A DNA stretch of 64,000 bases from an uncultured Acidimicrobiia bacterium (GTDB lineage: Bacteria; Acidobacteriota; Terriglobia; Versatilivoradales; Versatilivoraceae). Each line of letters starts with the position of its first letter. Position 1 is the stretch's first letter. Below, one piece after another: positions 40,315 through 52,063 of the stretch. The translations under genes and the position numbers were made by a program. The notes beneath the pieces were generated by a model that had not been told where the DNA came from, did no database searches, and worked only from the letters and a program-made list of their open reading frames with translations. The DNA lies in NCBI GenBank assembly GCA_963786955.1, contig CAWBAT010000005.1:672001-736000 (forward strand). The letters are read 5' to 3'.

Positions 40315-40572
40315 ATGGCTAGAGGTTGGGAGAGCAAATCTGTTGAAAATCAAATTGACGATTCCCATTCTGAGAAAACAGATCAAGTTGCCGTTGTGAG
40401 CAAAGGCCGCCATATCAATAGGCCTTTACGCCCTTCGCGCGAGAAGGAGGCATTGCTTCTGGCTCGGACACGGCTCTTGAGCGATATCCAGTCCACAGAA
40501 AACCCGCGTTACAAATCGTTTCTGGAGACTTCGCTGGCTGCAGTCGACAAGCAGATTTCCGAAATTCAATGA
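40315..40572 (+). CDS. Small conserved hypothetical protein
   Basis: MARGWESKSVENQI start, GGAG RBS, helical C-terminus. Confidence 0.7.
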   Translation: MARGWESKSVENQIDDSHSEKTDQVAVVSKGRHINRPLRPSREKEALLLARTRLLSDIQSTENPRYKSFLETSLAAVDKQISEIQ

Positions 40573-40942
40573 ACGCAAATGCAGGGGCCCGATTGGTCGG
40601 AACGTGCTGATAGTTCTCCCCAAAAATGGCATTTCTTGGACTCGTAAAACAAGCAAATGAGTCCCGATTCCTCACATTTTCGGAGAGGGTTTGTCTTCAT
40701 TTGCCTTTCACAGTGAGGCAGTGAAACTCGCGCATACTCATATTGAGAACTGAGACGTGAATAGGTCTCTCCAGGAATCGTTCCAGAAATTCGCATATGG
40801 AGTTATTTTTGGTTTAAATAGTAGAATCTTGCGATTATCATGAATCGTTGAGCAGGGTGCCCATCGATGTCGGTAGGAACAATCAGTTGGTTGGTTGCTC
40901 AGAAACCCGCAAATAGTGGGCGAAGTAAGAAAGAGGGGCAGG

Positions 40943-41885
40943 ATGTCTCAAGATCTTTCCGGCCTAATCCACCATCTGATCGATCGTCGCCAAGCTCTCC
41001 GCACCTTGATCGCCGGCGGTGTTGGCTGGACAATGCGATCCTTCATTGGAGCTTTTTGCGAAGAATCCACCCCGTAAGATTCTATTTTTCTCCAAATCGT
41101 CAGGCTACGAACATAGTGCTATCCGGCGCAACAGCAATGGACTCAGTCCTGCTGAAATAGTGCTCATCGAGTTAGGCAAAACTCATGGATTTGATGTCGT
41201 TGCCACCAAGGATGGATCCATTTTCACTCGTCAAAATCTTAAAGGATTCGATGCGATCTTCTTTTATACAACCGGAGATTTGACCCAGTCGATGGGAGAT
41301 AAGAACCCGCCGATGACAATTGAGGGTAAAGTAGCTCTCCTCGAGGCGATTCGATCCGGGAAAGGGTTTCTTGGGACCCATTCAGCCACAGACACTTTCC
41401 ACTCTCCTGGCCTTGAATTTGAAACTCAACCCATTGAGAGAAGGGATCCTTATATTCAGATGATCGGAGGAGAATTCATCCGCCACGGCCCCCAGCAGGA
41501 GGCCACCCTGCGCGTGACTTCACCCCGCTTTCCCGGAGTCGAAAAACTAGGAACGGAATTTCAGATCAAAGACGAATGGTATTCATTGAAGAACTTTGCT
41601 CCGGATCTTCATGTCATCCTGGTACAGGTGACGCAGGGGATGGAAGGAACCGATTACCAGCGCCCAGATTATCCGGCAACATGGGCTCGCAAAGATGGCA
41701 AAGGACGAGTATTCTATACTTCAATGGGCCACCGGGAAGACGTCTGGACCAACCCGATTTTTCAGAGCGTGTTGCTCGGCGGGATTGCCTGGGCAGTGGG
41801 CAATGTCAAGGCCGCGGTCCCACCCAATATTTCGGAGGCCACTCCGAAGGCAGGGACGATCCCTCCAAAGCCCCCAAAATCCTGA
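40943..41885 (+). CDS. ThuA-like domain protein, Tat-type signal (frameshift ~41070)
   Basis: DRRQAL twin-arginine-like; FSKSSGYEHS, GFLGTHSATD, GRVFYTSMGH. Confidence 0.85.
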
Positions 41886-42057
41886 ACGTAATGTTCATCA
41901 GTTTCTCAATTAACTGTGAAGTCGGTTCCTGGTGACAGCTTTTCCTTAGACTTCGGCTTTCACAATCGGAAATGCATCGAAGCATACCAGTGCACCCCCA
42001 ACAAAAATCAGAAATCTCTTAAACTGGCTCCAGGCCGGGACGCCTGGCGCCGCAAAT

Positions 42058-42885
42058 CTACTTAGGCTCTGGACAGAATTGTTGATTTTTGAACCCATGA
42101 GCCTGTTCTCTTCGATAAAAGGATCTTGAGATACTAGTGCCGGTAAGATTCCCATCTTGACCAGCACCGGCCTGAATTCATATCTCAAGCTGATGGTGGA
42201 AGCTGGCGCCGGTTCCAGTTCCATGGAAACCCACTGGATCGGGTGGTCACTTCTTTGCCCCATCCCTGTTGCTGCGTATTCATCCTTTTTAGGGGCTGCG
42301 GCCGCGGCTTCATTTGAAGCCATCGAAGAACGGTCCGCCTCTTCATTGGACTTCATTGGAGCCGGGCCGGCCCCATTGAGGTTGCCTGCAGACCGGGATT
42401 TATGCATGTCCTGAGACAAGGCCGGATGAGGCTCAACACAAATCTTCTCTTTATAAAATACAGCTGAGATGACCCCTAAATTCTGATCATGCCCAAGCCA
42501 TTTTCCATAGGAATTCTCTTCCGAGGTGAAAAAGAATCTCTTCGCTTCTTTTTGATTCACTTGCCACCCTTCAATGGTGATGGTTTCGTAGGGACCCAGG
42601 ACCCATTTTTTCGCATTCATTGCCGTGGTGTGCCGGGCATCAATAGTATTAAGACCGTCCACGGCCAAGGCTACCGCAACTCGTCGATTAAAAGGGTTTC
42701 TCAACCGAACCGAATACTCCCTGTCCTTTATTGCTTCTATGTAGTTTTTTCCATTATGGAAATATTCTGGAGCAGGGTTACCATTAACCAGAATCTCCAG
42801 GTCGAAGCCATCTTGCCCGGCAGCCATAAGCGGCGTGCATGAGAGCCAAGGCGATAAGTGTGAAGAAAGAATAACTGATTTTCAT
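42058..42885 (-). CDS. Hypothetical secreted protein (frameshifted at both ends)
   Basis: MKISYSFF signal; RVAVALAVDGLN, IEGWQ, RFFFT, NLGVI. Confidence 0.65.
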
Positions 42886-42989
42886 GGAGCTACCTCCCAG
42901 CTTTGATTGACTTACTTCACTTTTAAGACGGACCGAATGGAGCATCTTGCATACTATTTTTTCGGTTGAACAAATGGCGCGGAGGACAC

Positions 42990-43547
42990 ATGGAAGTCCT
43001 TTACAGAACACGATTTGATAGTCCGCTCGGCCCAATGGTTGCCGTAGCCGGAATCAATGGACTATGCGCCTTGGAATTTTTCGAACCAGGCCGACTGTCA
43101 GGCTTGGAGGCCAGGCTGCAGCGACTGTATGCCGAATACACGTTAATAGATAAGTCGCATCCGGTATTCAAGAAACCCGGCAAATGGCTGAAAAACTATT
43201 TTGCCGGAAGCTTCTCGCTCTTGCGCCCACTTGCCTTGGATTTAAAGGGCACCGATTTTGAAATCAGAGTCTGGAACATGTTGCTCCAGATTCCTTTAGG
43301 GAAAACAGTGAGTTATAGCGAGCTGGCAGTCGGCTTGGGCCAAGCCAACAAGGCCCGAGCCGTAGGGATGGCAGTCGGGCATAATCCCGTGGGTATTATT
43401 GTTCCATGCCATCGGGTAATGGGAGCCAATGGTTCGTTAACAGGTTATGGCGGGGGACTCGATCGCAAACGCTGGCTACTCGGTCATGAAGGAGCCATGC
43501 CTAGAGAACTCCCCTTTGCGGGAACCATGTTTCAGCAGATGCCTTAG
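42990..43547 (+). CDS. ogt: Methylated-DNA-protein-cysteine methyltransferase
   Basis: ARAVG..NPVGIIVPCHRV, GYGGGL. Confidence 0.93.
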   Translation: MEVLYRTRFDSPLGPMVAVAGINGLCALEFFEPGRLSGLEARLQRLYAEYTLIDKSHPVFKKPGKWLKNYFAGSFSLLRPLALDLKGTDFEIRVWNMLLQIPLGKTVSYSELAVGLGQANKARAVGMAVGHNPVGIIVPCHRVMGANGSLTGYGGGLDRKRWLLGHEGAMPRELPFAGTMFQQMP

Positions 43548-43649
43548 TCCTTGTGCTTCATGGAGCAATCGTGACATCGCCTGAATACAGCGATGGTCGG
43601 CTCAAGTGGGATTTGAGGAGAATTTTTTGGAGAGAGGAGCAAATTTATT

Positions 43650-43979
43650 ATGAAACACTCGATGACAACAACCACATTTTCTTTCGAAGGATACCGGATT
43701 ACTGGCTCACTTGGGGTTGTCAGGGGGATTACTGTTCGTTCGCGCTCTCTTTTCGGAACGATTGGTGGCTCACTTCAAACCCTAGTAGGCGGGAATATTT
43801 CCTTGTTCACCAACCTCTGTGAAAAGACAAGAGCGGAAGCCTTTGACTTAATGGTAGAGCATGCAGATCAGCTGGGTGCCAATGCCATTGTCGGGGTGAG
43901 ATACGATGCCACGGAGTTGATGCAAGGGGTGACAGAAGTTCTCTGTTATGGAACGGCTGTCATCGTTGAACCTGCATAG
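43650..43979 (+). CDS. YbjQ (UPF0145) family protein
   Basis: GVVRGITVRSR, LGANAIVGVRYD, YGTAV. Confidence 0.9.
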   Translation: MKHSMTTTTFSFEGYRITGSLGVVRGITVRSRSLFGTIGGSLQTLVGGNISLFTNLCEKTRAEAFDLMVEHADQLGANAIVGVRYDATELMQGVTEVLCYGTAVIVEPA

Positions 43980-44057
43980 GAGGGGGAGCACAAGGCGCCC
44001 CCTCTGTTCGAATGGTGAGTATTGGTAGGGCCCGTTGTATTCAGCAAGAATCGGAGG

Positions 44058-44462
44058 TCAGAACATCCCAAGCTGAAGCCTGGCAGCCTCAGACATCATG
44101 GTTGGCGTCCAGACAGGATCCCAGACTACCTCCACACGAGCTCCAGTGACCCCCGTAACCTGGCGAACTTTATCTTCCACTTCCCCAGGCAAAGTTCCTG
44201 CCGAAGGGCAGGCCGGTGAGGTGAGGGTCATACGGATGCTTACGGCATTGGAAGGATCAATATCAATATTGTAGATGAGGCCGATCTCATAGATATTTAC
44301 CGGGATTTCCGGATCGTAAATCGTGCGGATCATATCAACGATCTTCTCATACAGCTCGTTGGGATCAACCTCTGAACTGGCTGCTTCGCTAGGAACACGG
44401 CCTGAAACGCTTGCTGGCTCCAATTCGGACTTCTTCAAAGAATTCGTTGAATCCATGATCAT
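44058..44462 (-). CDS. SufT-like DUF59 Fe-S assembly protein
   Basis: IYDPEIPVNIYEIGL, MTLTSPACP, WDPVW. Confidence 0.9.
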   Translation of the reverse strand: MIMDSTNSLKKSELEPASVSGRVPSEAASSEVDPNELYEKIVDMIRTIYDPEIPVNIYEIGLIYNIDIDPSNAVSIRMTLTSPACPSAGTLPGEVEDKVRQVTGVTGARVEVVWDPVWTPTMMSEAARLQLGMF

Positions 44463-44553
44463 GGCTCCGTGAGATAAAATTTACGACCATCAAACTTACG
44501 GCTGGAGCTATACCACCAGCGATATCAGGCTTCCTTCGACTACTCCCCCCCAA

Positions 44554-45006
44554 TCATTCCGTGGACACCGGCTCCTCTTGATGTTCAAGGATCGCATTCA
44601 TCGTGTGCCAAGCAAGTGTGGCACATTTGACACGCACTGGAAATTCCTTAACCCCGCCAAATACCACGAGTTTGCCCAGACTCTCAGGATCTCTCGGGCC
44701 ATCAAAATCTCCCGTAAGCAGTTCATGAAAGCGTCCGAACATCGTTTTGGCTTCTGCTATGGTTTTGCCTTTCAAGCTTTCCGTCATCATTGAAGCAGAA
44801 GCCATCGAAATCGCGCAGCCTGACCCGATAAAGCTAATATCAGTAACAATCCCTCCATCCACAATGAGAAAGACGGTGAGTTTGTCGCCACAGAGAGGAT
44901 TGTGCCCGTCTGCTTTCGAGCCGACTCCCTCGATCTTGCGGAAGTTGCGAGGCTTCTTGGTGTGGTCCAGAATGAGTTCCTGGTAAAGATCGCGCAGATC
45001 TGACAT
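44554..45006 (-). CDS. sufU: SufU (NifU-like) protein
   Basis: LYQELILDH, NPLCGD, GCAIS, RVKCATL. Confidence 0.93.
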   Translation of the reverse strand: MSDLRDLYQELILDHTKKPRNFRKIEGVGSKADGHNPLCGDKLTVFLIVDGGIVTDISFIGSGCAISMASASMMTESLKGKTIAEAKTMFGRFHELLTGDFDGPRDPESLGKLVVFGGVKEFPVRVKCATLAWHTMNAILEHQEEPVSTE

Positions 45007-46280
45007 TAGCCAAACACCTCCCTGACTTTCCGCAATCCATCGACCAGTGCATCCACTTCTTCTTTCGTGTTGTAAAAAGCAAATGAGGCTCGAGCCGTCG
45101 CAGAAACACCGTAACGATCCATGACTGGCTGCGCACAGTGATGTCCGGCCCGGATCGCGATGCCTTCCTGGTCAAGAATGGTGCCGATATCATGAGGATG
45201 GACGTCATCCAAGAGGAACGACAACAGGCTTGCTTGTTCCCGAGCATTTCCAAGAAATCGAACGCCCGGTATCGTCGCTACTTTCTGTTTGGCATAATTG
45301 AGAAGCTCGTGTTCGTAGGCAGCGATTTTATCGAGACCGATATGATTGACATAATCAATGGCCGCACCCAACCCGATCACCCCTGCGATATCGGGCGTCC
45401 CTGCCTCAAATTTAAAAGGAATTTTATTGAAGGTCGACTTTTCAAAAGTGACCGAGGTAATCATTTCCCCGCCTCCCTGGTAGGGGGGCATGGATTCCAG
45501 CAGCTTGGCCTTGCCGTACAATACACCCACACCGGTTGGGCCAAAGAGTTTATGACCTGAAAAGGAGTAGAAATCGCAATCCAGTTCTTGGACGTCCACT
45601 TTCATGTGGGGGACCGCTTGAGCCCCATCCACCAGGACAGGAACATTCTGCTGATGTGCGATCTGGATCATCTTGGCTACCGGGTTGACGGTGCCAAGGG
45701 CATTAGAAACATGCGTCACCGCCACAAGCTTCGTTCGGTCACTGATCAGCTTCTCAAACGCATCCAATTCAACATCACCCTCATCATTAATTGGCGCGAC
45801 GCGCAAACGGGCCTTCTTGGCTTCGCAAAGCAGCTGCCATGGCACTATATTCGAATGGTGCTCCAGAGCCGTAATCAGGATTTCGTCGCCCTCTCCGACC
45901 GCAATTTGACCAAAACTATGGGCCACCAGATTGATCGCTTCGGTGGTTCCCCGGACAAACACGATTTCCCGGTCTTCCCTTGCGTGGATGAATTGTTGGA
46001 CCTTTCTGCGGACTTCTTCGTACGCCCTGGTGGACCGCTCACTCAGCGTGTGAACGCCACGATGAATGTTTGAGTAGTCTTCATAATAAAGACGGGTGAT
46101 GGCGTCAACGACCTGCTTCGGTTTCTGGCTTGAGGCGGCATTATCAAAGTAAACCAAAGGCCTTCCGCAAATCTTCTGTTGCAGGATTGGAAAGTCTTGC
46201 CTGATTTTGTGGACATCAAAAGGGAGGTCCTTTTCTGGCCGTGTATTTACTTGGGCTACTATTTCCGCAGAGGTTTTCAT
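45006..46280 (-). CDS. sufS: Cysteine desulfurase
   Basis: YFDNAAS, FSGHK, EAGTP, RAGHHCAQP. Confidence 0.97.
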   Translation of the reverse strand: MKTSAEIVAQVNTRPEKDLPFDVHKIRQDFPILQQKICGRPLVYFDNAASSQKPKQVVDAITRLYYEDYSNIHRGVHTLSERSTRAYEEVRRKVQQFIHAREDREIVFVRGTTEAINLVAHSFGQIAVGEGDEILITALEHHSNIVPWQLLCEAKKARLRVAPINDEGDVELDAFEKLISDRTKLVAVTHVSNALGTVNPVAKMIQIAHQQNVPVLVDGAQAVPHMKVDVQELDCDFYSFSGHKLFGPTGVGVLYGKAKLLESMPPYQGGGEMITSVTFEKSTFNKIPFKFEAGTPDIAGVIGLGAAIDYVNHIGLDKIAAYEHELLNYAKQKVATIPGVRFLGNAREQASLLSFLLDDVHPHDIGTILDQEGIAIRAGHHCAQPVMDRYGVSATARASFAFYNTKEEVDALVDGLRKVREVFG

Positions 46281-46283
46281 AGG

Positions 46284-47624
46284 CTAACCCTTGATTTTTC
46301 GGCCTTCCGCCAATCTCGTAAAGAGGATGCTTTCCAGCTCAGCACGGAGAGGTTCGATGTTAATTCGGTTATTCAGTTCACTGGCAAAAGCATAGGTCAA
46401 GAGATGCCGCGCTGAATCATAGTCAATCCCGCGGCTGCGCAGGTAAAAGATAGAATCGGCATCGAGCTGACCGATTGTAGCACCGTGCGTACACTTGACG
46501 TCGTCGGCATAAATTTCCAACTGTGGGTTTGTGTTGACAAGAGCTTCTTCTGATAAAATAAGGTTTTTGTTGGTCTGTTTAGAATCTGTCTTCTGTGCGT
46601 CCTGGCGAACAATAATTCGTCCACTGAAGACCGCTCTGGCTTTTTCATCCAGGATCCCTTTATAGAGCTCAAAGCTGCTGCAATGCGGCTTGGCATGATC
46701 GATGCAAGTGTGATTGTCCACATGTTGGGAGCCATTCACGAGGTAAAAGCCATTCAGTGTCGCTTCAGCGCCTTCGCCATTTAGGACCACATTGACATTG
46801 TTTCGCGCTAATGCGGCTCCCAGGGAAATAGAGAAGTTCGAAACATTGGCATCACGGCTGAGCTGCGCCTGAAACGAAGAAATATGGAAGGCTTCCAGGC
46901 TTTCACGTTGGAATTTGTAATACTCAACCCGGGCATTTTCGCCGGCAACCACTTCGGCGACCGCATTGGTGAAGTAAACTCCATTGCCGAACCCTGCGTA
47001 ACTTTCGAGAATTTGAACCTGGCTGCTCGACTCAGCGATGATCAAACTCCGTGGGTGAGATACCGGGGATTCCTGCGAATCCGTAACCGTTAGGTAGAGG
47101 ATATGGATTGGTTTTTCCAACACCACCCCCCTCGGAATATAAATGAATGCTCCATCATGGAGAAAAGCTGTGTTCAGCGCAGAGAATGAATCTTTCTCGA
47201 ATGATGTCTGACGGGCCAGATGCGGCTCAACTAAACCTGCATGGGTATTCAAAGCCTGGGATAAACTACCTAAGATCACACCTGAAGGAAGCGATTCGAG
47301 CACGGAAAGCTGCGCCGAGAACACCCCGTTCACAAACACCAAACGATGACTTTTCCATTGGCCTAAGATCCACGGTTGGATCTTCTTCAATGGGAACTTT
47401 GGGCTGACAGCGGCTGCAGGCTTAAAGGTCCTTTTCGCAATCGGAGCCACATTGGTAAAACGCCATTCCTCATCATGAACGGTCGGGAAACCCAGTTTCT
47501 CGAACGATGTCATGGCCGTTTCCCGCAAGGCGTGAAGCCAGGCAGGGCCTACGCGGTCCCGGGCCCGTTGAAGATCAGCAAAATGGGATCGATAGGCTTC
47601 TTTTTCTTCGGTCACTTGAATCAT
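46284..47624 (-). CDS. sufD: Fe-S assembly protein SufD
   Basis: EEWRFT, PQLEIYADDVKCTHGAT, FYLRSRG. Confidence 0.96.
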   Translation of the reverse strand: MIQVTEEKEAYRSHFADLQRARDRVGPAWLHALRETAMTSFEKLGFPTVHDEEWRFTNVAPIAKRTFKPAAAVSPKFPLKKIQPWILGQWKSHRLVFVNGVFSAQLSVLESLPSGVILGSLSQALNTHAGLVEPHLARQTSFEKDSFSALNTAFLHDGAFIYIPRGVVLEKPIHILYLTVTDSQESPVSHPRSLIIAESSSQVQILESYAGFGNGVYFTNAVAEVVAGENARVEYYKFQRESLEAFHISSFQAQLSRDANVSNFSISLGAALARNNVNVVLNGEGAEATLNGFYLVNGSQHVDNHTCIDHAKPHCSSFELYKGILDEKARAVFSGRIIVRQDAQKTDSKQTNKNLILSEEALVNTNPQLEIYADDVKCTHGATIGQLDADSIFYLRSRGIDYDSARHLLTYAFASELNNRINIEPLRAELESILFTRLAEGRKIKG

Positions 47625-47790
47625 AGGTCAAAATCATTCCTTCAACATATTGCATTGAACTATACATAGAGGTGACCCCGGGCAGGCCACCCGTTCATCA
47701 CCGGGTCCTCATACCTTGGGTAGAGGGCAAAAAAGCACTTCAGAGTTTAAGATTCCAGGCTGGGAACCCTCTAGCACGGGGGAATAGTTG

Positions 47791-48543
47791 TTAAACCTTG
47801 ACGGGTTCTTCGAGCCAGACATAACCCTTTGCTTCCAACTCATGGGCGAGTTCTTTGTCCCCAGACCTGACAATCTTCCCGCCCGAGAGAACATGGACAT
47901 AATCGGGAATGATGTAATTCAACAACCGTTGGTAATGGGTAATCAAAATGACGGCTCGATCTTTACTTCGCAAAGTATTCACCCCTTTGGCCACAATCTT
48001 TAAGGCGTCAATATCTAGGCCAGAGTCCGTTTCGTCCAGTATCGCCAGCTTGGGGTCGAGGATAGCCATATGGAAAATCTCATTCCTCTTTTTCTCCCCG
48101 CCGGAAAAGCCTTCATTGACCGAGCGGTTGATTAGGCTTTCGTCCATTTCGACGATTTTCATTTTTTCTTTGATCAACTTCAGAAAATCCATCGCATCCA
48201 GCTCTTCCAGCCCACGGTATTTTCGGATCGCATTGAGCGCGGCCTTGAGAAAATAGGCATTATTGACTCCCGGAATTTCAACAGGGTATTGGAAGGCCAT
48301 GAAGATCCCTTCTCGGGCTCGCTCTTCGGGGGACATCTCTAAAAGGTTTTTGCCCTCATAAAGAATTTCTCCGTCGGTAATTTCATAACTTTCCCGGCCA
48401 GCCAAAACCTGGGACAGTGTGCTTTTCCCTGAGCCATTCGGCCCCATAATGGCATGGACCTCCCCCGCTCGTACTGTTAGGTTGATCCCTTGTAGAATCG
48501 ACTTCCCGCCGATGCCCGCATGTAAATTTCGAATTTCAAGCAT
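47791..48543 (-). CDS. sufC: Fe-S assembly ATPase SufC
   Basis: [28 protein letters not shown]. Confidence 0.97.
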   Translation of the reverse strand: MLEIRNLHAGIGGKSILQGINLTVRAGEVHAIMGPNGSGKSTLSQVLAGRESYEITDGEILYEGKNLLEMSPEERAREGIFMAFQYPVEIPGVNNAYFLKAALNAIRKYRGLEELDAMDFLKLIKEKMKIVEMDESLINRSVNEGFSGGEKKRNEIFHMAILDPKLAILDETDSGLDIDALKIVAKGVNTLRSKDRAVILITHYQRLLNYIIPDYVHVLSGGKIVRSGDKELAHELEAKGYVWLEEPVKV

Positions 48544-48608
48544 AAGTACTTAGTCTCCCGTCGTATTGCCTAATTCAAATGAGCTCTTGGTCATCCCCAC
48601 TAGAAATT

Positions 48609-50057
48609 CTATCCGACACTGCCTTCCAAACTCACACCGAGGAGCTTCTGAGCTTCAACCGCAAATTCCATAGGAAGTTCCCGGAAGACTTGCTTACAGA
48701 AGCCATTGACGATCATCGACACCGCATCTTCTGCCGAGAGCCCTCGTTGCTTACAATAAAAAATTTGATCCTCTCCAATCTTAGAGGTGGAGGCTTCATG
48801 CTCCATCTTCGCAGTGCTGTTCTTCACTTCGATATAGGGGAAGGTGTGGGCACCGCACTTGTCACCCAGCAACAACGAGTCGCATTGGGAATAGTTGCGA
48901 GCCCCCGCTGCACCCTTGAGGATCTTAACGGCGCCTCGATAGGTGTTCTGGCCATGCCCGGCGGAAATGCCTTTCGACACGATCGTACTGCGAGTGTTCT
49001 TACCAATATGAATCATCTTGGTTCCCGTATCTGCTTGTTGGTAGTTGTTGGTCACCGCCACCGAATAGAATTCTCCGACCGAGTTGTCCCCTTGCAAGAT
49101 ACAACTGGGATATTTCCAGGTGATCGCAGATCCCGTCTCTACTTGTGTCCAGGAGATCTTGGAATTCACTCCCAAACATTTCCCGCGCTTGGTCACGAAG
49201 TTGTAGATTCCGCCTTTTCCTTCTTTATCTCCCGGGTACCAGTTCTGTACGGTCGAGTATTTGATTTGGGCATTATCCAGCGCCACCAGTTCGACGACAG
49301 CCGCATGCAATTGGTTCTCGTCTCGCATGGGGGCGGTGCATCCTTCCAGATAACTCACGTAGGCTCCCTCCTCCGCAATAATTAGGGTGCGTTCAAACTG
49401 CCCGGTGTCTTTGGCGTTAATTCGAAAATAAGTCGACAATTCCATGGGACATCGAACACCCTTCGGTATATAGCAAAAGGAACCATCACTGAAAACAGCT
49501 GCGTTCAGGGCAGCAAAAAAATTATCCGTATGCGGCACGACCGACCCAAGGTACTTCTTGACCAGATCTGAGTGCTCCCTTACCGCCTCCGAGAATGAGC
49601 AGAAAATGATTCCGAGTTCTGCCAGCTTGCCTTTAAAGGTTGTGGCCACCGAGACACTGTCAAACACCGCGTCAACCGCCACACCACTTAACCGTTCCTG
49701 CTCTCTGAGGGGGATGCCCAACTTATCGTAGGTCCTTAACAATTCCGGGTCAATTTCGTCCAGGCTCTTGGGAGAAGCCTTCTGGGTTCTGGGAGCCGAG
49801 TAATAAATGACGTTCTGGTAGTCAATGGGCGGGTAGTGGACATGGGCCCATGACGGTTCTTTCATGGTCAACCAATGCCGGTAGGATTTAAGCCGCCATT
49901 CCAGCATAAATTCCGGCTCCATCTTCTTTGCCGAGATTATACGAATGACGTCTTCATTCAAACCGCGAGGGAGAACATCGGCGTCAATGTCCGTCACAAA
50001 TCCATATTTGTACTCTTTTTCAGTGAGCTCCTGAATTGTCGAAGTCTCGGTACTCAT
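48609..50057 (-). CDS. sufB: Fe-S assembly protein SufB
   Basis: [36 protein letters not shown]. Confidence 0.97.
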   Translation of the reverse strand: MSTETSTIQELTEKEYKYGFVTDIDADVLPRGLNEDVIRIISAKKMEPEFMLEWRLKSYRHWLTMKEPSWAHVHYPPIDYQNVIYYSAPRTQKASPKSLDEIDPELLRTYDKLGIPLREQERLSGVAVDAVFDSVSVATTFKGKLAELGIIFCSFSEAVREHSDLVKKYLGSVVPHTDNFFAALNAAVFSDGSFCYIPKGVRCPMELSTYFRINAKDTGQFERTLIIAEEGAYVSYLEGCTAPMRDENQLHAAVVELVALDNAQIKYSTVQNWYPGDKEGKGGIYNFVTKRGKCLGVNSKISWTQVETGSAITWKYPSCILQGDNSVGEFYSVAVTNNYQQADTGTKMIHIGKNTRSTIVSKGISAGHGQNTYRGAVKILKGAAGARNYSQCDSLLLGDKCGAHTFPYIEVKNSTAKMEHEASTSKIGEDQIFYCKQRGLSAEDAVSMIVNGFCKQVFRELPMEFAVEAQKLLGVSLEGSVG

Positions 50058-50086
50058 GTTCCATTTCTCCTCAAATTATCCTTACT

Positions 50087-50563
50087 TTATTCCGGAATGG
50101 TGATACTCACAAGGCTGGGTTCGTTGCGAGCAGCGGAACCCTGGACTGAAAGGTCCGAGTCCTCTCGGTTCATCTGTTCAATTGTGATGTCCATCAACCC
50201 TTGCACAACCAGGTCATTCAATCGCTGCAACGGGCTTTTTACATTGCATTTGTCAAACTGGCCACAGACTCCTTCATCAGAGACACAGTCGGTCAGCGAG
50301 AACGGCCCTTCAATGGCTTGAATGACTTCAGCTACACTGATCTTGTCCGGACTCAAACGGAGCGAGTAGCCGCCGTAGGCGCCGTGCTGGGAATTGAGCA
50401 ATCCTCGCTGAACCAGCTTCTGGAGCACCTTGGCCAACAATTCAAGAGGGATGTCGTACTCGGCTCCAATCTCTCGAGCACTCCAATTGGGCTTGTCCGG
50501 GTGCCGGGCGAGATGCATCAATGAAATGAGACCGTAATCAACCTTTTTCGACAGTTTAAGCAT
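50087..50563 (-). CDS. Rrf2-family (IscR-like) regulator of the suf operon
   Basis: MLKLSKKVDYGL, GAYGGY, three Cys (C..C..C). Confidence 0.92.
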   Translation of the reverse strand: MLKLSKKVDYGLISLMHLARHPDKPNWSAREIGAEYDIPLELLAKVLQKLVQRGLLNSQHGAYGGYSLRLSPDKISVAEVIQAIEGPFSLTDCVSDEGVCGQFDKCNVKSPLQRLNDLVVQGLMDITIEQMNREDSDLSVQGSAARNEPSLVSITIPE

Positions 50564-50572
50564 GGCTTTAAT

Positions 50573-50597
50573 ATATCCGACTAAAATGGTCGCATTT
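50573..50597. promoter_or_regulatory. IscR/Rrf2-type operator
   Basis: ATATCCGACTAAAATGGTCGCATTT resembles the IscR type-1 consensus (GACT-N5-AGTC core), directly upstream of the Rrf2 gene. Confidence 0.65.
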
Positions 50598-50895
50598 GTA
50601 TTATTCATTTACAGTCAACACTTGTCAAGTGGTTGAGACACAAATCGACAGAATTTTCCAATAGGCCACTCTTTCGGTTTCAGGCAACACGTTCTAGAGT
50701 TTTCCACGAGATAGTGTCTCATTTAAGAGACACTTAATAGGGGTGCGAGAGGCCGCTTTAGATAACGATCTTATTTCTTTTCATTAAGATGTATAATTCT
50801 CCTGCTGGTTGGGCAACAAGCTGCATAGACCTTCTCAGAGAAGTTCTGATGGCCGCTGTGACTCGATTTTTTTGATTTGACGACAGGGAGGATTG

Positions 50896-51798
50896 GTGGA
50901 AAACCAGCAAACTCTTGCTTCGCCCATAGCATTTTCGGGAGTTGGACTCCATACCGGCGCCACGGTCAACCTTAAAGTCCTTCCAGCTCCTCAGGACACC
51001 GGGATCGTTTTCAGACGGATTGATCTGGACGACTTTCAAATTGAAGCCACCATAGAGAATGTTGCCCATGTTTCCTATGCCACGACCTTGCTGAAACAAG
51101 GCGTCCTCATTTCCACGGTCGAGCACCTGTTATCGTCTCTTTACATTTTCGGGGTGGACAATGCCATCATCGAATTGGATAACTTGGAGGTCCCTATTTT
51201 AGATGGGAGCGCTCTGGAATTCGTGAGAGAGATCCGGAGGGTTGGGCTCAAACAACAAAAACGTCCCAAAACGTATCTCATTATCGAGAAACCGATTCAC
51301 CTCAAAGAAAGAGGCAAAACCATCTCTGTCTACCCGGCGAACAGCCTGCAGATCAGCTACTCAATCGACTTTGCGCATCCGATGATCGGAAAGCAGACTT
51401 TTGATTTCGAAGCGACTCCACAGAAGTTTGCAGCTGAAATTGCTCCCGCCCGAACTTTTGGTTTTTTGGATGAGGTGGAAGAATTGAGAAAAAATGGATT
51501 AGTCCGGGGAGGCTCGCTGGAAAATGCGATCGTACTCACCAAGACAGGAATCCTCAATGACATTCTTCGATTCAAAGATGAGTTTGTCCGACACAAGATT
51601 CTCGACAACATTGGAGACTTATCATTGATCGGGTGCCCCTTAGTGGGGCGCATCGTCGCTGAAAAAGCAGGTCACGCTTTGCATACAAAACTTGTATCGA
51701 GAATTCTGAGTAGCCCGAAGTTCCATCAGAAAGTTACCTACAGCCAACTTCGAGAAATCGAAAGGCAGCCTGCCTTTCAAGTGCAACTTGCAGAATAA
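50896..51798 (+). CDS. lpxC: UDP-3-O-acyl-N-acetylglucosamine deacetylase
   Basis: GVGLHTG, TVEHLLS, PILDGS, APARTFGF, HKILD. Confidence 0.97.
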   Translation: MENQQTLASPIAFSGVGLHTGATVNLKVLPAPQDTGIVFRRIDLDDFQIEATIENVAHVSYATTLLKQGVLISTVEHLLSSLYIFGVDNAIIELDNLEVPILDGSALEFVREIRRVGLKQQKRPKTYLIIEKPIHLKERGKTISVYPANSLQISYSIDFAHPMIGKQTFDFEATPQKFAAEIAPARTFGFLDEVEELRKNGLVRGGSLENAIVLTKTGILNDILRFKDEFVRHKILDNIGDLSLIGCPLVGRIVAEKAGHALHTKLVSRILSSPKFHQKVTYSQLREIERQPAFQVQLAE

Positions 51799-52063
51799 TC
51801 CACCCATTTGATATTGCTTTCATTTGCGGAGATAGTTCCAACACTCCGGTTTCCCTCTAAATAAAGAGAAGTGTTTGTAAAATCGATCTATTCCCCAAGG
51901 TTTCGCAAGACGTGCTTCCCTTCATGCAACGATTAGTAATTCCGCGTTCATTGCACTGAATAGCATTCCTGATAACGTGATCCTGCTTGCTTCCCTTTTG
52001 AAGCCTCTTCTATACTAAGTTTAAAGGATCTTGGGGTGATGGATCCTAAGGAGTCGATGCCAC